IMG/VR virus record: IMGVR_UViG_2974779332_000001 | Coordinates: 1 to 64,000 of that record | Source: a virus | Lineage: Duplodnaviria > Caudoviricetes | Direction: 5' to 3' (one strand) | Length of the DNA stretch: 64,000 bases | Part shown: piece after piece, positions 45,304 through 55,475 of the stretch | Numbering within the stretch: the first letter of the stretch is position 1 | Layout: each line of letters begins with the position of its first letter | Made by a program: the position numbers and the translations under genes | The notes under the pieces: generated by a model | What the model was told of the DNA's origin: nothing | Seen by the model: only the letters and a program-made list of their open reading frames with translations | Databases searched by the model: none

Positions 45304-48300
45304 GAATTCTTCTAAGAGACTTGACCCCAGGAACGGATTACAATATTCAGCTCCGTTCAAACGACGGAACGAATGTTTCTGACTGGAGCCGTATCTTTGA
45401 ACTGACAACGATTCAGGATACGCTTCCTCCAGCCGCTCCAACTGGGCTCACATGGGTAGTAAACCGAACCGCATTTTCCGCTAAATGGAATGCGGTTACT
45501 CAGAATGCCGATGCATCCGACCTACTGGATTTCTCTCATTACCTAGTCCGCATCGCAATTCCGGGCGGTAGCTATGTTGAGGTAAAGACGACCAACACAT
45601 TCTATGACCTAGCCTTCGAAACCAATAAAGCTTTCTTTGGCACGCCAAAGGCCACTCTGGAATGCACCATTTATGCTGTAGACCTTACTGGTAATATCTC
45701 ATTGCCATCTGCAACTGTTACAGCAACGAACCCACCACCACCAGACCCAACCGGTGTAGTTGCGGCCGGAATTGTGGGTGGCGTCAGCATGCGTTGGGAT
45801 GTACAGGTAATTGATGACCTAGCAGCTTATGACGTATACATGAGCACATCAGGTTCAGGATTTACCCCAAGCAATGCAAACAGGGTATACAGCGGTACTG
45901 GAAATACTCTGGTATATGACTCAAGCTCCCTAGGTGTAGTCCACTACTTCAAGATTCGCTCTCGTGACGTGTTTGATAGTATTTCAAACTATGTCACTGT
46001 TTCAGCGACTCCAATTTCACCTACTGATGTAGACACGACAGCCCCAGGGCTTCCAACAGGTGTTAGTGCTTCAATGGCTGTAGATTCAAATGATTCAGCG
46101 TTTGCCACGGCCACAGTTTCTTGGACCGCTCCATCAGATACTGACCTTGCAGGATATGTTGTCAGATACAAGCAGACTGCTGGAACTAATTACAACTATG
46201 TAAACGTTCCTGTAGGCACGACCACGATTACTATTGGTGGTCTAGTTGTTGGCGTCCAGTACGACTTCTCAGTGCAGGCATTTGACCGAAGCACCAACAG
46301 AAGTGCATTTACCACAGCCGTAAATGCGACGGCGGCAAATACTGCCCCTTCTACTCCTGCTGCACCTACTGCTGTAGCTAATGTGCAGAGCATCCAGGTA
46401 AGCCACTCCTTGCAGAAGTCAACCTCTGGACGACTAGAGGCAGACGTTACTTACTTCGAGGTTCACCTAGGAACCACCTCTACATTCACTGCAAGCGACT
46501 CCACAATGATTGGACAATTGCAGGTAGAGTCTGGCAGCACATTCGTTTCTGAAATTTTCCCAGCGCCTGCTATTGACTCTGCTCTGGCTCGTTGGGTTCG
46601 AGTGATTGCTGTGGACCGTGGTGGACTAAAGTCTGCTGCTTCCGCAGTTGCCTCAGTCACTGTTGGATTGGTAAGTAATGCATACATCGCTAACGCAACC
46701 ATTACCTCTGCCAAGATTAACAATGTTGATGCTAACCAGATTACGGCCGGAACGGGTATTGTCAACAATCTACTCATCAAGTCCTCCTTGACCGTAGATA
46801 CTGGCGGTATTATCAAGAGCACCAATTACTCATCAGGCACAGCGGGATACCAGCTAACCAACAACACCCTTGAAATCAATCAGGGTGTAATCAAGGCTGC
46901 CGCATTGCAGCTACAGGATAGCCAGAATGTTTGGTTGACACCTTACTCTGACTTTGAATTTGCATCTAGTTGGTACACAGGAAAGATTACTACATCTACT
47001 CCAACAGGAACTGTTACTTGGTCAATTGCCACTGCTCCAGAAATAACTTCAAAGTACGGAAACCAGTGCCTAAAGATTGTTAGAGCGGGGGCAACAGCAG
47101 GTGATGACTCAGACGTTTGGTTCAGTTCTTCATTTTCAACAGGATACAATCTAACTCTTGAATCAAACACTACATACATCATGTCAGCGTGGATTTTCAA
47201 TCCTTCTGGCTCTGGTTCAAAGAATTGCCAGCTAAAGATTAGAACAAATGACGGAACCTACAGAGCATTTACTCCGATGGTTGCAGTTACTGACAATGGC
47301 GTCTGGACAAGATATTCTGGCGCTCTAAATGTTGGTGCCAACACAGCCGGAACTGTTGGATTCTCAATTGAGACAAATGGAACCGTATATGTTGATGGCA
47401 TTCAAATAGAAATTCAGTCTGCTGGTTCCGGTAGCCCATCACCATGGAGAGCACCAAGCTCAACGACAATTGATGGTGGAATTATTCGTACTGGTGAAAT
47501 TCGTTCATCTGCGTTGGCAGATGGCCTTTCAGGGCAGCCAGCATGGTCAATTAACATGACTGGTGGGGCCCAATTTGGTGATGCCACGGTTCGAGGACGC
47601 ATTGTAGTCGGAGACCCAACCAATCCATCTGCTGACGGAGTGAATTCACGCATTCACTCTGCGAATTATGTGGCCGGTACGAGTGGTTGGATTATCCGTA
47701 ACGACGGATATGCCGAATTCCGTAACCTTGCTGTCAACTCAATTAAGGTAACTGCACTGGACTCTCCAATGCAGAACAATACCTATGCAAAGCTGTTTGA
47801 CTACATGCAGGACGGAAACCTGTGGCTACAGTATGGTTCTGTAACTCAGAAGACTGACCCCGGTGCCTACTCCGCTGAATCCCTCTTTGAATTCGCGGGC
47901 TCCGGCCTTGTTCTTAGAAATGCAGTTGGTGTTACCAAGGTTGCTTATGACCCTACCATTCTGTACCGCATCTCAGCTCGTATTCGCGCATACACTGTAG
48001 CGACTCTCAACAGCAATCCAGGCTTTGAAACAAACACGACTGGATGGTACTCCTACGGCACAAACAGCATTACCAGAGACACCACTAAGAAGTTCGCTGG
48101 AACTGCTTCCGTTCGTTGGGACCAGGTGGGCTCATCCGTAGGTTCCTATGGTATGGGAACTAATGTTACGGTCAAGGCTGGATACACGTACACCTTCGGA
48201 TGCCGTGTTCTTCCTAACAACGCTCTGATTCGAGACAATCTAAAGATGAATATTGTCTGGAAGAATTCTGGTGGAACAACCATCAGTACAACTTTCAATG

Positions 48301-51300
48301 ACATGGCACCACCAGTTGACTCAAACGGTACGGTAATTCCTATTGACGGAACGACCTGGAGCCAGTTTTCAGTTCAGGCAACTGCGCCAGCAGGCGCGGT
48401 AACTGGAGCGTTTGAAGTTCAGGCTGGTGCGTCAGGTGTGGCTATTGCCGGAATTCAGGGATGGTTCGATGAAGTAACAGTCACTACGCCACCACGTATC
48501 AAGGTTGGCCTATTCGGATTCGACAATGCGAATAACATCATTGACTGGGACTACGTTGACGATGCAACAACGCCTACAAAGAAGCACTCCATGCCAACAG
48601 ATTACAGCCTGCTTTCTGGATATTCTGCAAACCAGTATATGATGGTTCAGAACAATTCAGAAGTCCAGATTGCGACCGGTAGCTCAACGACTACGGCTGA
48701 CTGGATTACCGTTACTGGATATCTACGTGGTCGTGGTGGAGCAGGAACAACTGGTGTGCTAGGAACTCAGGGTCAGTACAATGACCCATATAATCCAGCA
48801 TCACTTAACCAGGCCGTCCGTTACCTTGTCCCTTATGTTGAATGGGACATTGCAACTGGCTCAATTGCTCAACTTGACCAGTTCTCTGTTGAGGCTTATG
48901 AGAATGGTGCTCCTGCAAAGGTTGCAACCACTGATGTTAATGGTGAGAAGGCTGTCTCTGTTGAAAACATTCAGGGCAGCCTATTTGACCACGCAATCAG
49001 ATTCTACACTGGTGAACCAGACGAAATCTATCCAGGTATGATTGGTCATATCATGGATGGTGACTGGAATGACGCAGCTCATCTCAGAATCTCTCCACCA
49101 CTCATTAACAAGAATTCTGATTACGGAAATGTTTACATCGGTATCTATGACCGTAACCCTAACTACATCTACGATGCTTCATTCGAAGATGGAATTGCTG
49201 GATGGACCGGAATGGCAAATACCACTCTGGCTCAGGAAACAACTGTTGGACGAGAGGATACAAACTCTCTAAAGATTACTGCTACTGGAACCATCTCAAG
49301 CCCTTCAACGACTGAGCTTCTAGGTAAGTACAGCGTAAGCACTTTGGTGAATCAGGAACTTATTGGCCAGCTCGTAACTGTATCTGGCTATGCAATGATG
49401 GGAACGGCGACCGGCAGAAATGTACGTCTTGTTGTTAAGTTCCTTGACGAAGCTGGTGCAATGATTCAAGGATACTTCGTAGAGAAGGCAGTAACAAATG
49501 CTGCTTGGGTGCCTTACACATTCATCTCTCCGATTGTTATTCCAGATACCTGCTACTCAGTTGAATTCTCATTCTCATGGTTCAATGGAGCTACTGGTGA
49601 CATTGTTTATGTTGATGATGTTCAGCTTGAAATGGGTACAAAGTCTGAATTCCGTACAGCATCTGCTAGCCGAATCTATCTACAGTCTGACGTTGTTCGA
49701 AGCAATGGTACAATCATTGTTTCAACATCTGAGCTTGACCTTCCTACTAACGTTCTTGGTGCGAATGCCCGTCTGGATGCTCCACTTTATCCAGGTGTCA
49801 TTCTCCAATCCGAAGGTGGAACGGCGGCATTCAGATACGTCAACTACACAGACTCTGCTGGCAACCGTTCAAGCACTCAGTTCACCAACTTCTCTCCATC
49901 AGGGGCGGAAGAGCATGCGCTGAGACTTTACGGAATGAATGATGCTACGTATCCTGGTCGATGGGTTCTCACAAATGCCACGGGCCAGTTTGTAATGTCC
50001 TCATACGCTAACGCAGACGAAGACATGACGACTGCAAGGAATGTTCGTGTCTACGGCCACCTTGACGTAGATGGCGACCCGCCTTGGGAAGCTATGACAC
50101 TGCTTAATGGAACTGGCATTGTATCAGGTGCATACACTCCTTCTGTATTCACTAGCAATGGTAATACATACATGCGAGGCTCTGTAACTGGATGGACAAA
50201 GGGTTCTGGTACTCCAATCATGACTCTTCCAACCGCATACAGACCAGCTAAGGTTGTTTATCTATCCACAGTTTCATATACAACTACTTCTGACGCTCAG
50301 GCAACAGTATTGGTTGTTAACACTGCTGGCTCTGTGTATGCATACTCTGCTGTAGCAGCGAAGACAAACATTATGCTCGACGGTTTGTCATTCTCTAATG
50401 CACCAGACACCTATGTAGCTCCACCAAGCGGTGACACGACGGCTCCAGGAACTCCTTCTGGATTCAAGATTACACCACTATCCTCAAGTACATCAACAGG
50501 TACTTATCGTCTGAACTGGACTAACCCAACAGCAACAGACACGGCTGGTGTAAAGGTCATCTGGAGAAGCGACAGGTACCCTACTGTAACAATTGCAGGA
50601 AGCGGAGTGAAGACTCTGACCACAGATGGAAAAATCATTACTGTAACCGGTGGCGCAAGCGCTGCAAAGCAGTACGACCACTCAGGTCTACCAGTGAACA
50701 AGACCATCTACTACCGAGTTGTTTCCTACGACACAAGCGGAAACCACTCAACATATGTGTCAGCTTCTCGATACTTGCTAGCTTCACCAGTCACAGTAAC
50801 GGCAAACTCATCTGGTTCATACCGTCTTGGATATGGCGGTATGTGGAGAAACGACGGTGACGACGTTTATCAGGGTGACTGGACAGGAAATGACAATCAC
50901 AGAGGATTGTATTTCTATGGAACAAAGATTTATGATGCTCTAAACAAGGGCGGTGTTGTTAGAACCCCTACAAAGGCGACTATCTATCTCAAGAGAGAAA
51001 GCACTGCTCATGGTAACAATGCTGGAGTTGGAATCAATCTAAGAGGACATCTCTACCAGACAAAGCCATCTGGTGACCCTGTTGGAGGTATGACAAATGA
51101 AGGTTCTGACGGAGATGACATTGTATTCCTGTCAAGAGGAGAGGCGGCTACAGTAACAATTCCATCAAGTTGGTATAACAATATTGTGGACTCAACTGCC
51201 GCAAATAGAATTGAAGGAATCGGTGTTTATGGAAGTGCTACAGCCGACTACGCAGTAATGTATGGAGTCAGCTCAGGTTCTTCTTACGGAAAGATTACGC

Positions 51301-51317
51301 TCTACCACAAGGGCTGA
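45300..51317 (+). CDS. Large tail fibre/host-recognition protein with FN3 and carbohydrate-binding-like repeats
   Basis: 2005 aa. Several DTTAPxxPTG FN3 starts and repeated (N)xxFE..GW CBM-like modules. Confidence 0.85.
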   Translation: MRILLRDLTPGTDYNIQLRSNDGTNVSDWSRIFELTTIQDTLPPAAPTGLTWVVNRTAFSAKWNAVTQNADASDLLDFSHYLVRIAIPGGSYVEVKTTNTFYDLAFETNKAFFGTPKATLECTIYAVDLTGNISLPSATVTATNPPPPDPTGVVAAGIVGGVSMRWDVQVIDDLAAYDVYMSTSGSGFTPSNANRVYSGTGNTLVYDSSSLGVVHYFKIRSRDVFDSISNYVTVSATPISPTDVDTTAPGLPTGVSASMAVDSNDSAFATATVSWTAPSDTDLAGYVVRYKQTAGTNYNYVNVPVGTTTITIGGLVVGVQYDFSVQAFDRSTNRSAFTTAVNATAANTAPSTPAAPTAVANVQSIQVSHSLQKSTSGRLEADVTYFEVHLGTTSTFTASDSTMIGQLQVESGSTFVSEIFPAPAIDSALARWVRVIAVDRGGLKSAASAVASVTVGLVSNAYIANATITSAKINNVDANQITAGTGIVNNLLIKSSLTVDTGGIIKSTNYSSGTAGYQLTNNTLEINQGVIKAAALQLQDSQNVWLTPYSDFEFASSWYTGKITTSTPTGTVTWSIATAPEITSKYGNQCLKIVRAGATAGDDSDVWFSSSFSTGYNLTLESNTTYIMSAWIFNPSGSGSKNCQLKIRTNDGTYRAFTPMVAVTDNGVWTRYSGALNVGANTAGTVGFSIETNGTVYVDGIQIEIQSAGSGSPSPWRAPSSTTIDGGIIRTGEIRSSALADGLSGQPAWSINMTGGAQFGDATVRGRIVVGDPTNPSADGVNSRIHSANYVAGTSGWIIRNDGYAEFRNLAVNSIKVTALDSPMQNNTYAKLFDYMQDGNLWLQYGSVTQKTDPGAYSAESLFEFAGSGLVLRNAVGVTKVAYDPTILYRISARIRAYTVATLNSNPGFETNTTGWYSYGTNSITRDTTKKFAGTASVRWDQVGSSVGSYGMGTNVTVKAGYTYTFGCRVLPNNALIRDNLKMNIVWKNSGGTTISTTFNDMAPPVDSNGTVIPIDGTTWSQFSVQATAPAGAVTGAFEVQAGASGVAIAGIQGWFDEVTVTTPPRIKVGLFGFDNANNIIDWDYVDDATTPTKKHSMPTDYSLLSGYSANQYMMVQNNSEVQIATGSSTTTADWITVTGYLRGRGGAGTTGVLGTQGQYNDPYNPASLNQAVRYLVPYVEWDIATGSIAQLDQFSVEAYENGAPAKVATTDVNGEKAVSVENIQGSLFDHAIRFYTGEPDEIYPGMIGHIMDGDWNDAAHLRISPPLINKNSDYGNVYIGIYDRNPNYIYDASFEDGIAGWTGMANTTLAQETTVGREDTNSLKITATGTISSPSTTELLGKYSVSTLVNQELIGQLVTVSGYAMMGTATGRNVRLVVKFLDEAGAMIQGYFVEKAVTNAAWVPYTFISPIVIPDTCYSVEFSFSWFNGATGDIVYVDDVQLEMGTKSEFRTASASRIYLQSDVVRSNGTIIVSTSELDLPTNVLGANARLDAPLYPGVILQSEGGTAAFRYVNYTDSAGNRSSTQFTNFSPSGAEEHALRLYGMNDATYPGRWVLTNATGQFVMSSYANADEDMTTARNVRVYGHLDVDGDPPWEAMTLLNGTGIVSGAYTPSVFTSNGNTYMRGSVTGWTKGSGTPIMTLPTAYRPAKVVYLSTVSYTTTSDAQATVLVVNTAGSVYAYSAVAAKTNIMLDGLSFSNAPDTYVAPPSGDTTAPGTPSGFKITPLSSSTSTGTYRLNWTNPTATDTAGVKVIWRSDRYPTVTIAGSGVKTLTTDGKIITVTGGASAAKQYDHSGLPVNKTIYYRVVSYDTSGNHSTYVSASRYLLASPVTVTANSSGSYRLGYGGMWRNDGDDVYQGDWTGNDNHRGLYFYGTKIYDALNKGGVVRTPTKATIYLKRESTAHGNNAGVGINLRGHLYQTKPSGDPVGGMTNEGSDGDDIVFLSRGEAATVTIPSSWYNNIVDSTAANRIEGIGVYGSATADYAVMYGVSSGSSYGKITLYHKG

Positions 51318-51392
51318 CCTTGAACTTGACAGGTCAGCCCGGTATGGGCTAGAGTAGGATTACACTAGAGAAAAGAAAGAGAAAAATATAAA

Positions 51393-51617
51393 TTGAATCA
51401 CAAAGATACTCTAAAGGTTCTTGCTCTTAAAGAAAGAATAGCAGAACTTACTGCTGGATATGAAGACAAGATTGCGGATATCCGTGCTGACTTCACCCTT
51501 GCCGTAGAAGAGTTCCAAGAGCGAATCAAGAAGCTTGAAGATGAGAATAAGCTCATCAAGGATGCGAATGCTGGATACTTGGAGAAACTTGATGGTGTGG
51601 TGGAAGAGACGAACTAA
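51393..51617 (+). CDS. Small coiled-coil protein
   Basis: 74 aa, TTG start, promoter TTGACA...TAGAGT upstream. Confidence 0.7.
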   Translation: MNHKDTLKVLALKERIAELTAGYEDKIADIRADFTLAVEEFQERIKKLEDENKLIKDANAGYLEKLDGVVEETN

Positions 51618-52038
51618 GCCACTCCTTCCAGCGCCTACAGTCCCTGTGGATTATCCCACAGGGACTTGTGTGCAGACTGAGAATGGAGTATTCTTCATCA
51701 AGGGCAAGTTCAGGTTCCGAGTCACTTCTGACAGGATTCTGTCAAGCTGGCAATTCCCCCTTGTGATTCGTTCAACAGAGTCAGCTTGCTCCAAGTACAA
51801 GATTGCTGGTAAGCTAGGTTTCCGTCAAGGAACTTTGGTTAAGGATATGTCCAATGGTAAAATGTATCTGATATCAGAGAACCTTCGACGACAGATAGTC
51901 TCACCAGACTTCTTTGATGTCATGCTATTTCCTCGTGAAGCAATGATTGAAGCTTCACCAGACGAACTAGCTCTACACAAGGAAGGAGAGAACATAACTT
52001 GGCAACTACCCCCTACAAGCCTACAAGCTGGTCAGTAG
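51592..52038 (+). CDS. Hypothetical protein
   Basis: MVWWKRR start after GGAG. Confidence 0.7.
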   Translation: MVWWKRRTKPLLPAPTVPVDYPTGTCVQTENGVFFIKGKFRFRVTSDRILSSWQFPLVIRSTESACSKYKIAGKLGFRQGTLVKDMSNGKMYLISENLRRQIVSPDFFDVMLFPREAMIEASPDELALHKEGENITWQLPPTSLQAGQ

Positions 52039-52439
52039 GCGAACAGATTACTCGTGAGAAGCTGAACCAGATGACTTCTAACGACCAGTATATCTTCGAG
52101 AACCAGCCAAACGCATTCTATAATGCTCATGGAATTAAGAAGACTTCTGGCCTAAAGATTATGGCTGGTTACGTTTACATTGCGGGTGGAAAGGCCCGGC
52201 ACTACGAGAAGGCTGTATACTTTGGTAACTTCTTCTCAGTAGGATGTAAGCCAGTAGTGGTAACAGGACAAGTCATTCAGAAGCAGTCACGAATCCATTG
52301 CATCATTCGTGGATTGACTGGAGAATACTGGCCGGACCACAGAGGCTTCACGGCTGTCGTTGACTCAGATGAACTAAGCTCAAAGTCTAACTATTTCCAC
52401 TATGGCGTAAACGTTCAGTTTATCGCAGTTGGATATTAA
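51999..52439 (+). CDS. Hypothetical protein, possibly virion-associated
   Basis: WSVGEQITREKLNQM N-terminus resembles those of tail-fibre-like proteins. Confidence 0.7.
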   Translation: MATTPYKPTSWSVGEQITREKLNQMTSNDQYIFENQPNAFYNAHGIKKTSGLKIMAGYVYIAGGKARHYEKAVYFGNFFSVGCKPVVVTGQVIQKQSRIHCIIRGLTGEYWPDHRGFTAVVDSDELSSKSNYFHYGVNVQFIAVGY

Positions 52440-52735
52440 TGTACAGACCTATCCGTAATTGGCACAACCGAAAGAGAATGCTTTCCGAGGATGGATATAC
52501 GTTGGTATTTGCGCCGGAACATCCAAAGAGCTTCAATGGAGGATGGTACTATGAGCATCGGATGGTCTTTGAGGCTAGACTAGGAAGACTTCTTAAGAGC
52601 GATGAAACTGTTCATCATATAGGATGCAAGACAGATAATACTCGAAAGAATCTCTTCCTGTGTACGTGGGCAGAGCATGAACGTCTCAATCGCCAAGAGC
52701 ACATGGCCTTGACACAGCGTCAGCGTATGTGTTAG
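52439..52735 (+). CDS. HNH endonuclease
   Basis: YEHRMVFEARLGRLL..ETVHH..KTDN..NLFL. Confidence 0.85.
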   Translation: MYRPIRNWHNRKRMLSEDGYTLVFAPEHPKSFNGGWYYEHRMVFEARLGRLLKSDETVHHIGCKTDNTRKNLFLCTWAEHERLNRQEHMALTQRQRMC

Positions 52736-52766
52736 GCTTGTCCGTACAACAACGAAAGGAACAAGC

Positions 52767-53522
52767 ATGTCTGACATGACATGGCTCTTTGCGTCTGACA
52801 TTCACTTTCCGTATCATGATGAGCGGATGGTGTCTCTATGGTTTCAGGTGCTAAAGTATCTAAAGCCAGGAGCTATTGACCTTCCAGGAGATATTGATGA
52901 CGCAGAAGAGACGAGCCGGTGGGCAGAAGGAACGTCCTCCGAGGGATTCTCACTGAATTATCCAGGAATCCAACTGACACGCAAGTTCCTCGCAGACATT
53001 CATGAGGCTGCTCCGAATGCTGACAAGCATTTCCACGATGGAAATCATGGTTGGCATCGCCACGTAAAGTGGCTGGATAAGAACGCCCCATTTACCTTGA
53101 CAGACAATCTCTACAATCCTGATGTACTATACGAGTACAAAAAGTCAGGATTCGTATGGCATGAGTACAAGGACCAGGCGGTTCATCGCTATGGTGACAT
53201 GTATGTACATCATGGCGATGCAATCTCAAAGCACGCTGGCCAGTCCGTCATGGCAGACTGTGAGAACTGGGGAGTATCCCTTGTACGAGGGCACTCCCAC
53301 AGGCAGGCAGAATGGTTTCGTACCTTTGACCTGACTGGGCGAGAGTACCGAGGTTACGAAATTGGTCACATGTGTGACGTGTCCAAGATGGACTATGACC
53401 GAACTCGTAACTGGCAAGCAGGATTCGCCTATGGTGTTGTAAGTGGAGATGAAGTCTTCATCGACACCGTAGAAATTCACAACTACACATGCAATATCGG
53501 AACGAAGGTATTCCGAGCATAA
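52767..53522 (+). CDS. Calcineurin-like metallophosphoesterase
   Basis: SDIHFP, GDIDD, GNHG, HHG and GHSHR motifs. Confidence 0.9.
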   Translation: MSDMTWLFASDIHFPYHDERMVSLWFQVLKYLKPGAIDLPGDIDDAEETSRWAEGTSSEGFSLNYPGIQLTRKFLADIHEAAPNADKHFHDGNHGWHRHVKWLDKNAPFTLTDNLYNPDVLYEYKKSGFVWHEYKDQAVHRYGDMYVHHGDAISKHAGQSVMADCENWGVSLVRGHSHRQAEWFRTFDLTGREYRGYEIGHMCDVSKMDYDRTRNWQAGFAYGVVSGDEVFIDTVEIHNYTCNIGTKVFRA

Positions 53523-53575
53523 AGATAAGACCTCCCATGCTATAATGAAAGAAAAAGCAAGGGAGGTTAAGTCTT

Positions 53576-53923
53576 TTGGGTAAGTACGCCAAGTTCGCCC
53601 TAGCTGTCGTTGCCACTGTTCTAACTGCTGTGGTAGGATTCGCTGGCGGAGGCATTACTGATGTCGAATGGGTTAACGTTGCTATCGCTGGTGTAGGTGC
53701 ATGCTCTGTATTTGCTGCTCCTAATGTTCCAGGCGCACGTTACACCAAGTCCATTCTCGCAGTTCTTGCAGCAGTTCTGGCATTCCTTACTTCTGCCATC
53801 ATCGGTGGGGTCTCCCCTGTTGAATGGGGTCAGATTGGAATTCTAGCACTGGGTGCTCTAGGTATTTACGCTGTCCCTAACAAGGTTGGCGATTCAGTAC
53901 AGGGAGTACGACTTGAACCATAA
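53576..53923 (+). CDS. Holin-like membrane protein with an internal duplication
   Basis: Two homologous halves (Y.K..LAV.A.VL...GG....EW......G.....PN), four TM segments. Confidence 0.65.
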   Translation: MGKYAKFALAVVATVLTAVVGFAGGGITDVEWVNVAIAGVGACSVFAAPNVPGARYTKSILAVLAAVLAFLTSAIIGGVSPVEWGQIGILALGALGIYAVPNKVGDSVQGVRLEP

Positions 53924-54092
53924 GAAGTGCGGTGGACGAGTGTTCATCGATAGAGTCTTCTCAGACAGGACTCATCTTGAATTGGCCTGCATTGAATGCG
54001 GTGCCAGATGGATGCTAGACAAAACCAAGAATAAGCTTGCCGCGTGGCTGACTGCTAGAGAGAAGTCTCACTCAGCACAGTTTGCTCGGTGA
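53913..54092 (+). CDS. Small Zn-ribbon protein
   Basis: HKKCGGRVF...CIECG. Confidence 0.7.
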   Translation: MNHKKCGGRVFIDRVFSDRTHLELACIECGARWMLDKTKNKLAAWLTAREKSHSAQFAR

Positions 54093-54170
54093 AGAACAGA
54101 ATGCTATACTCGACATAGCGCTCCCCTGCGTACGCAAGTGCGCAGGGGCATTATTTATTTGGAGACCATT

Positions 54171-54650
54171 TTGGGTAAAAAGAAGGGCGGCCCTCGTAAG
54201 GCCAAGAAATACTTCTTTCTAGATGGGATTCCTCACAAGAAACTACAAGTAAATCATGGCGCAGACATTCTGATTGCCTGGAACTATGTTGACAAGAAGA
54301 GTGTTGCCTATGTATGGTCTGTAGCCAGAAGAAACATGGGTCGAGCTTTCCTAGGGCCAGAGGTTCAGAAAATGCTCGGCAGACATAGAAACAGTCTTCG
54401 CAATTACATTACTCAAGGACAGATACGAGAGCCGTACAAGACTTACTCTCTTGATGGCAGATTCAGTCCAGGTATGTATCTCTGGTCTGAGAAGGATATC
54501 CTTGACCTGCACGAGATGCTTGTGCATCGCAAGTATGGTGCGCTACCATCTAGAGCAGAGCTGCTAGCGATGATGCGTAATGATGTGGTTCTATACACAA
54601 AGACCCGTGATGGTGAGTTCACACCAGTGTGGCAAGAGAAAGATTGGTGA
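54171..54650 (+). CDS. HTH DNA-binding protein (MerR/excisionase-like)
   Basis: EVQKMLGRHRNSLRNYITQGQI...WSEKDI. Confidence 0.7.
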   Translation: MGKKKGGPRKAKKYFFLDGIPHKKLQVNHGADILIAWNYVDKKSVAYVWSVARRNMGRAFLGPEVQKMLGRHRNSLRNYITQGQIREPYKTYSLDGRFSPGMYLWSEKDILDLHEMLVHRKYGALPSRAELLAMMRNDVVLYTKTRDGEFTPVWQEKDW

Positions 54651-54653
54651 GAC

Positions 54654-54935
54654 ATGGCGACAGCCAAATACACTCCATTTGGAGATAGACTTAATCCTGC
54701 AATTGCTATCATTCAGGCAGCTAACGCTTTGGACGTTGCAGCAAAGATGGCTGTAGAATGCAAGGATGCTAGGACTCTCATTGAGGTCGCCAAGGAGTGG
54801 GTTGAAATCAGCGGCCATCTGGCGTATGATGACGAAGAAGAGAGCGACGCCCCGGAAGACAACGAGGAGCGTCGTTCATTTGGTTTCTCAGTGACGAGTG
54901 ACATTGGAGAGGAGGAAGATAGTGACAACGATTAG
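54654..54935 (+). CDS. Hypothetical protein
   Basis: 93 aa with an acidic tail. Confidence 0.7.
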   Translation: MATAKYTPFGDRLNPAIAIIQAANALDVAAKMAVECKDARTLIEVAKEWVEISGHLAYDDEEESDAPEDNEERRSFGFSVTSDIGEEEDSDND

Positions 54936-55113
54936 AGGTAGCATGACCTACACACATAACCTTGGTAACTTCCAGAGTGTTAAGGTTGACGTAGGTATCG
55001 AAGACACGGTTCGCGAAGGCGAGACGGTAGACTCAGCGTTTGATAGACTCTTCAAGAAGTTGGAAGACCAGCTTGGAGAGCGTGTTGAGAAGGCGGTGCG
55101 TGAGCTAGGATGA
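54922..55113 (+). CDS. Hypothetical conserved phage protein
   Basis: THNLGNFQSVKVDVG. GTG start after GGAGG. Confidence 0.75.
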   Translation: MTTIRGSMTYTHNLGNFQSVKVDVGIEDTVREGETVDSAFDRLFKKLEDQLGERVEKAVRELG

Positions 55114-55475
55114 CCAGGAAGCAGAAGAGTCCAAGGGCAAGAGCATTCGAGCTGATTGGCGTCTACAAAAAGCTCTATCGTGAGAAGTATGGCAAGAACC
55201 CCATGCTAAACAGCAATGTTCTACAGTGGGGTTTCATGGCTGCTATCGATGACCTTGAGTACAGTAACGCAAGGAAAGCTCTGGAATACTTTTTCACTTG
55301 CGACTCTCCTGGTCACGATGTTCAGGTCTTCTTGAACAAGTATGATAAACTCCACGAGAATCGTCTCAAGGTGGAGGAAGACGCCCGGAAGAGTAGGGAA
55401 CGTCTCCGTAAGACGGCAGCTCTAGTAGCTGCACTAGAAAAGAAGAATGAGGAGGCAATAAGTGGCGAACACTGA
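55110..55475 (+). CDS. Hypothetical protein (possible helicase loader)
   Basis: Directly upstream of and overlapping dnaB. Confidence 0.6.
   Translation: MTRKQKSPRARAFELIGVYKKLYREKYGKNPMLNSNVLQWGFMAAIDDLEYSNARKALEYFFTCDSPGHDVQVFLNKYDKLHENRLKVEEDARKSRERLRKTAALVAALEKKNEEAISGEH

Noticed and set aside
45300-51317. Diversity-generating retroelement or invertible tail-fibre cassette
   Set aside because: No reverse transcriptase, invertase or duplicated variable/template repeat was seen. The repeats are protein-level FN3/CBM modules.
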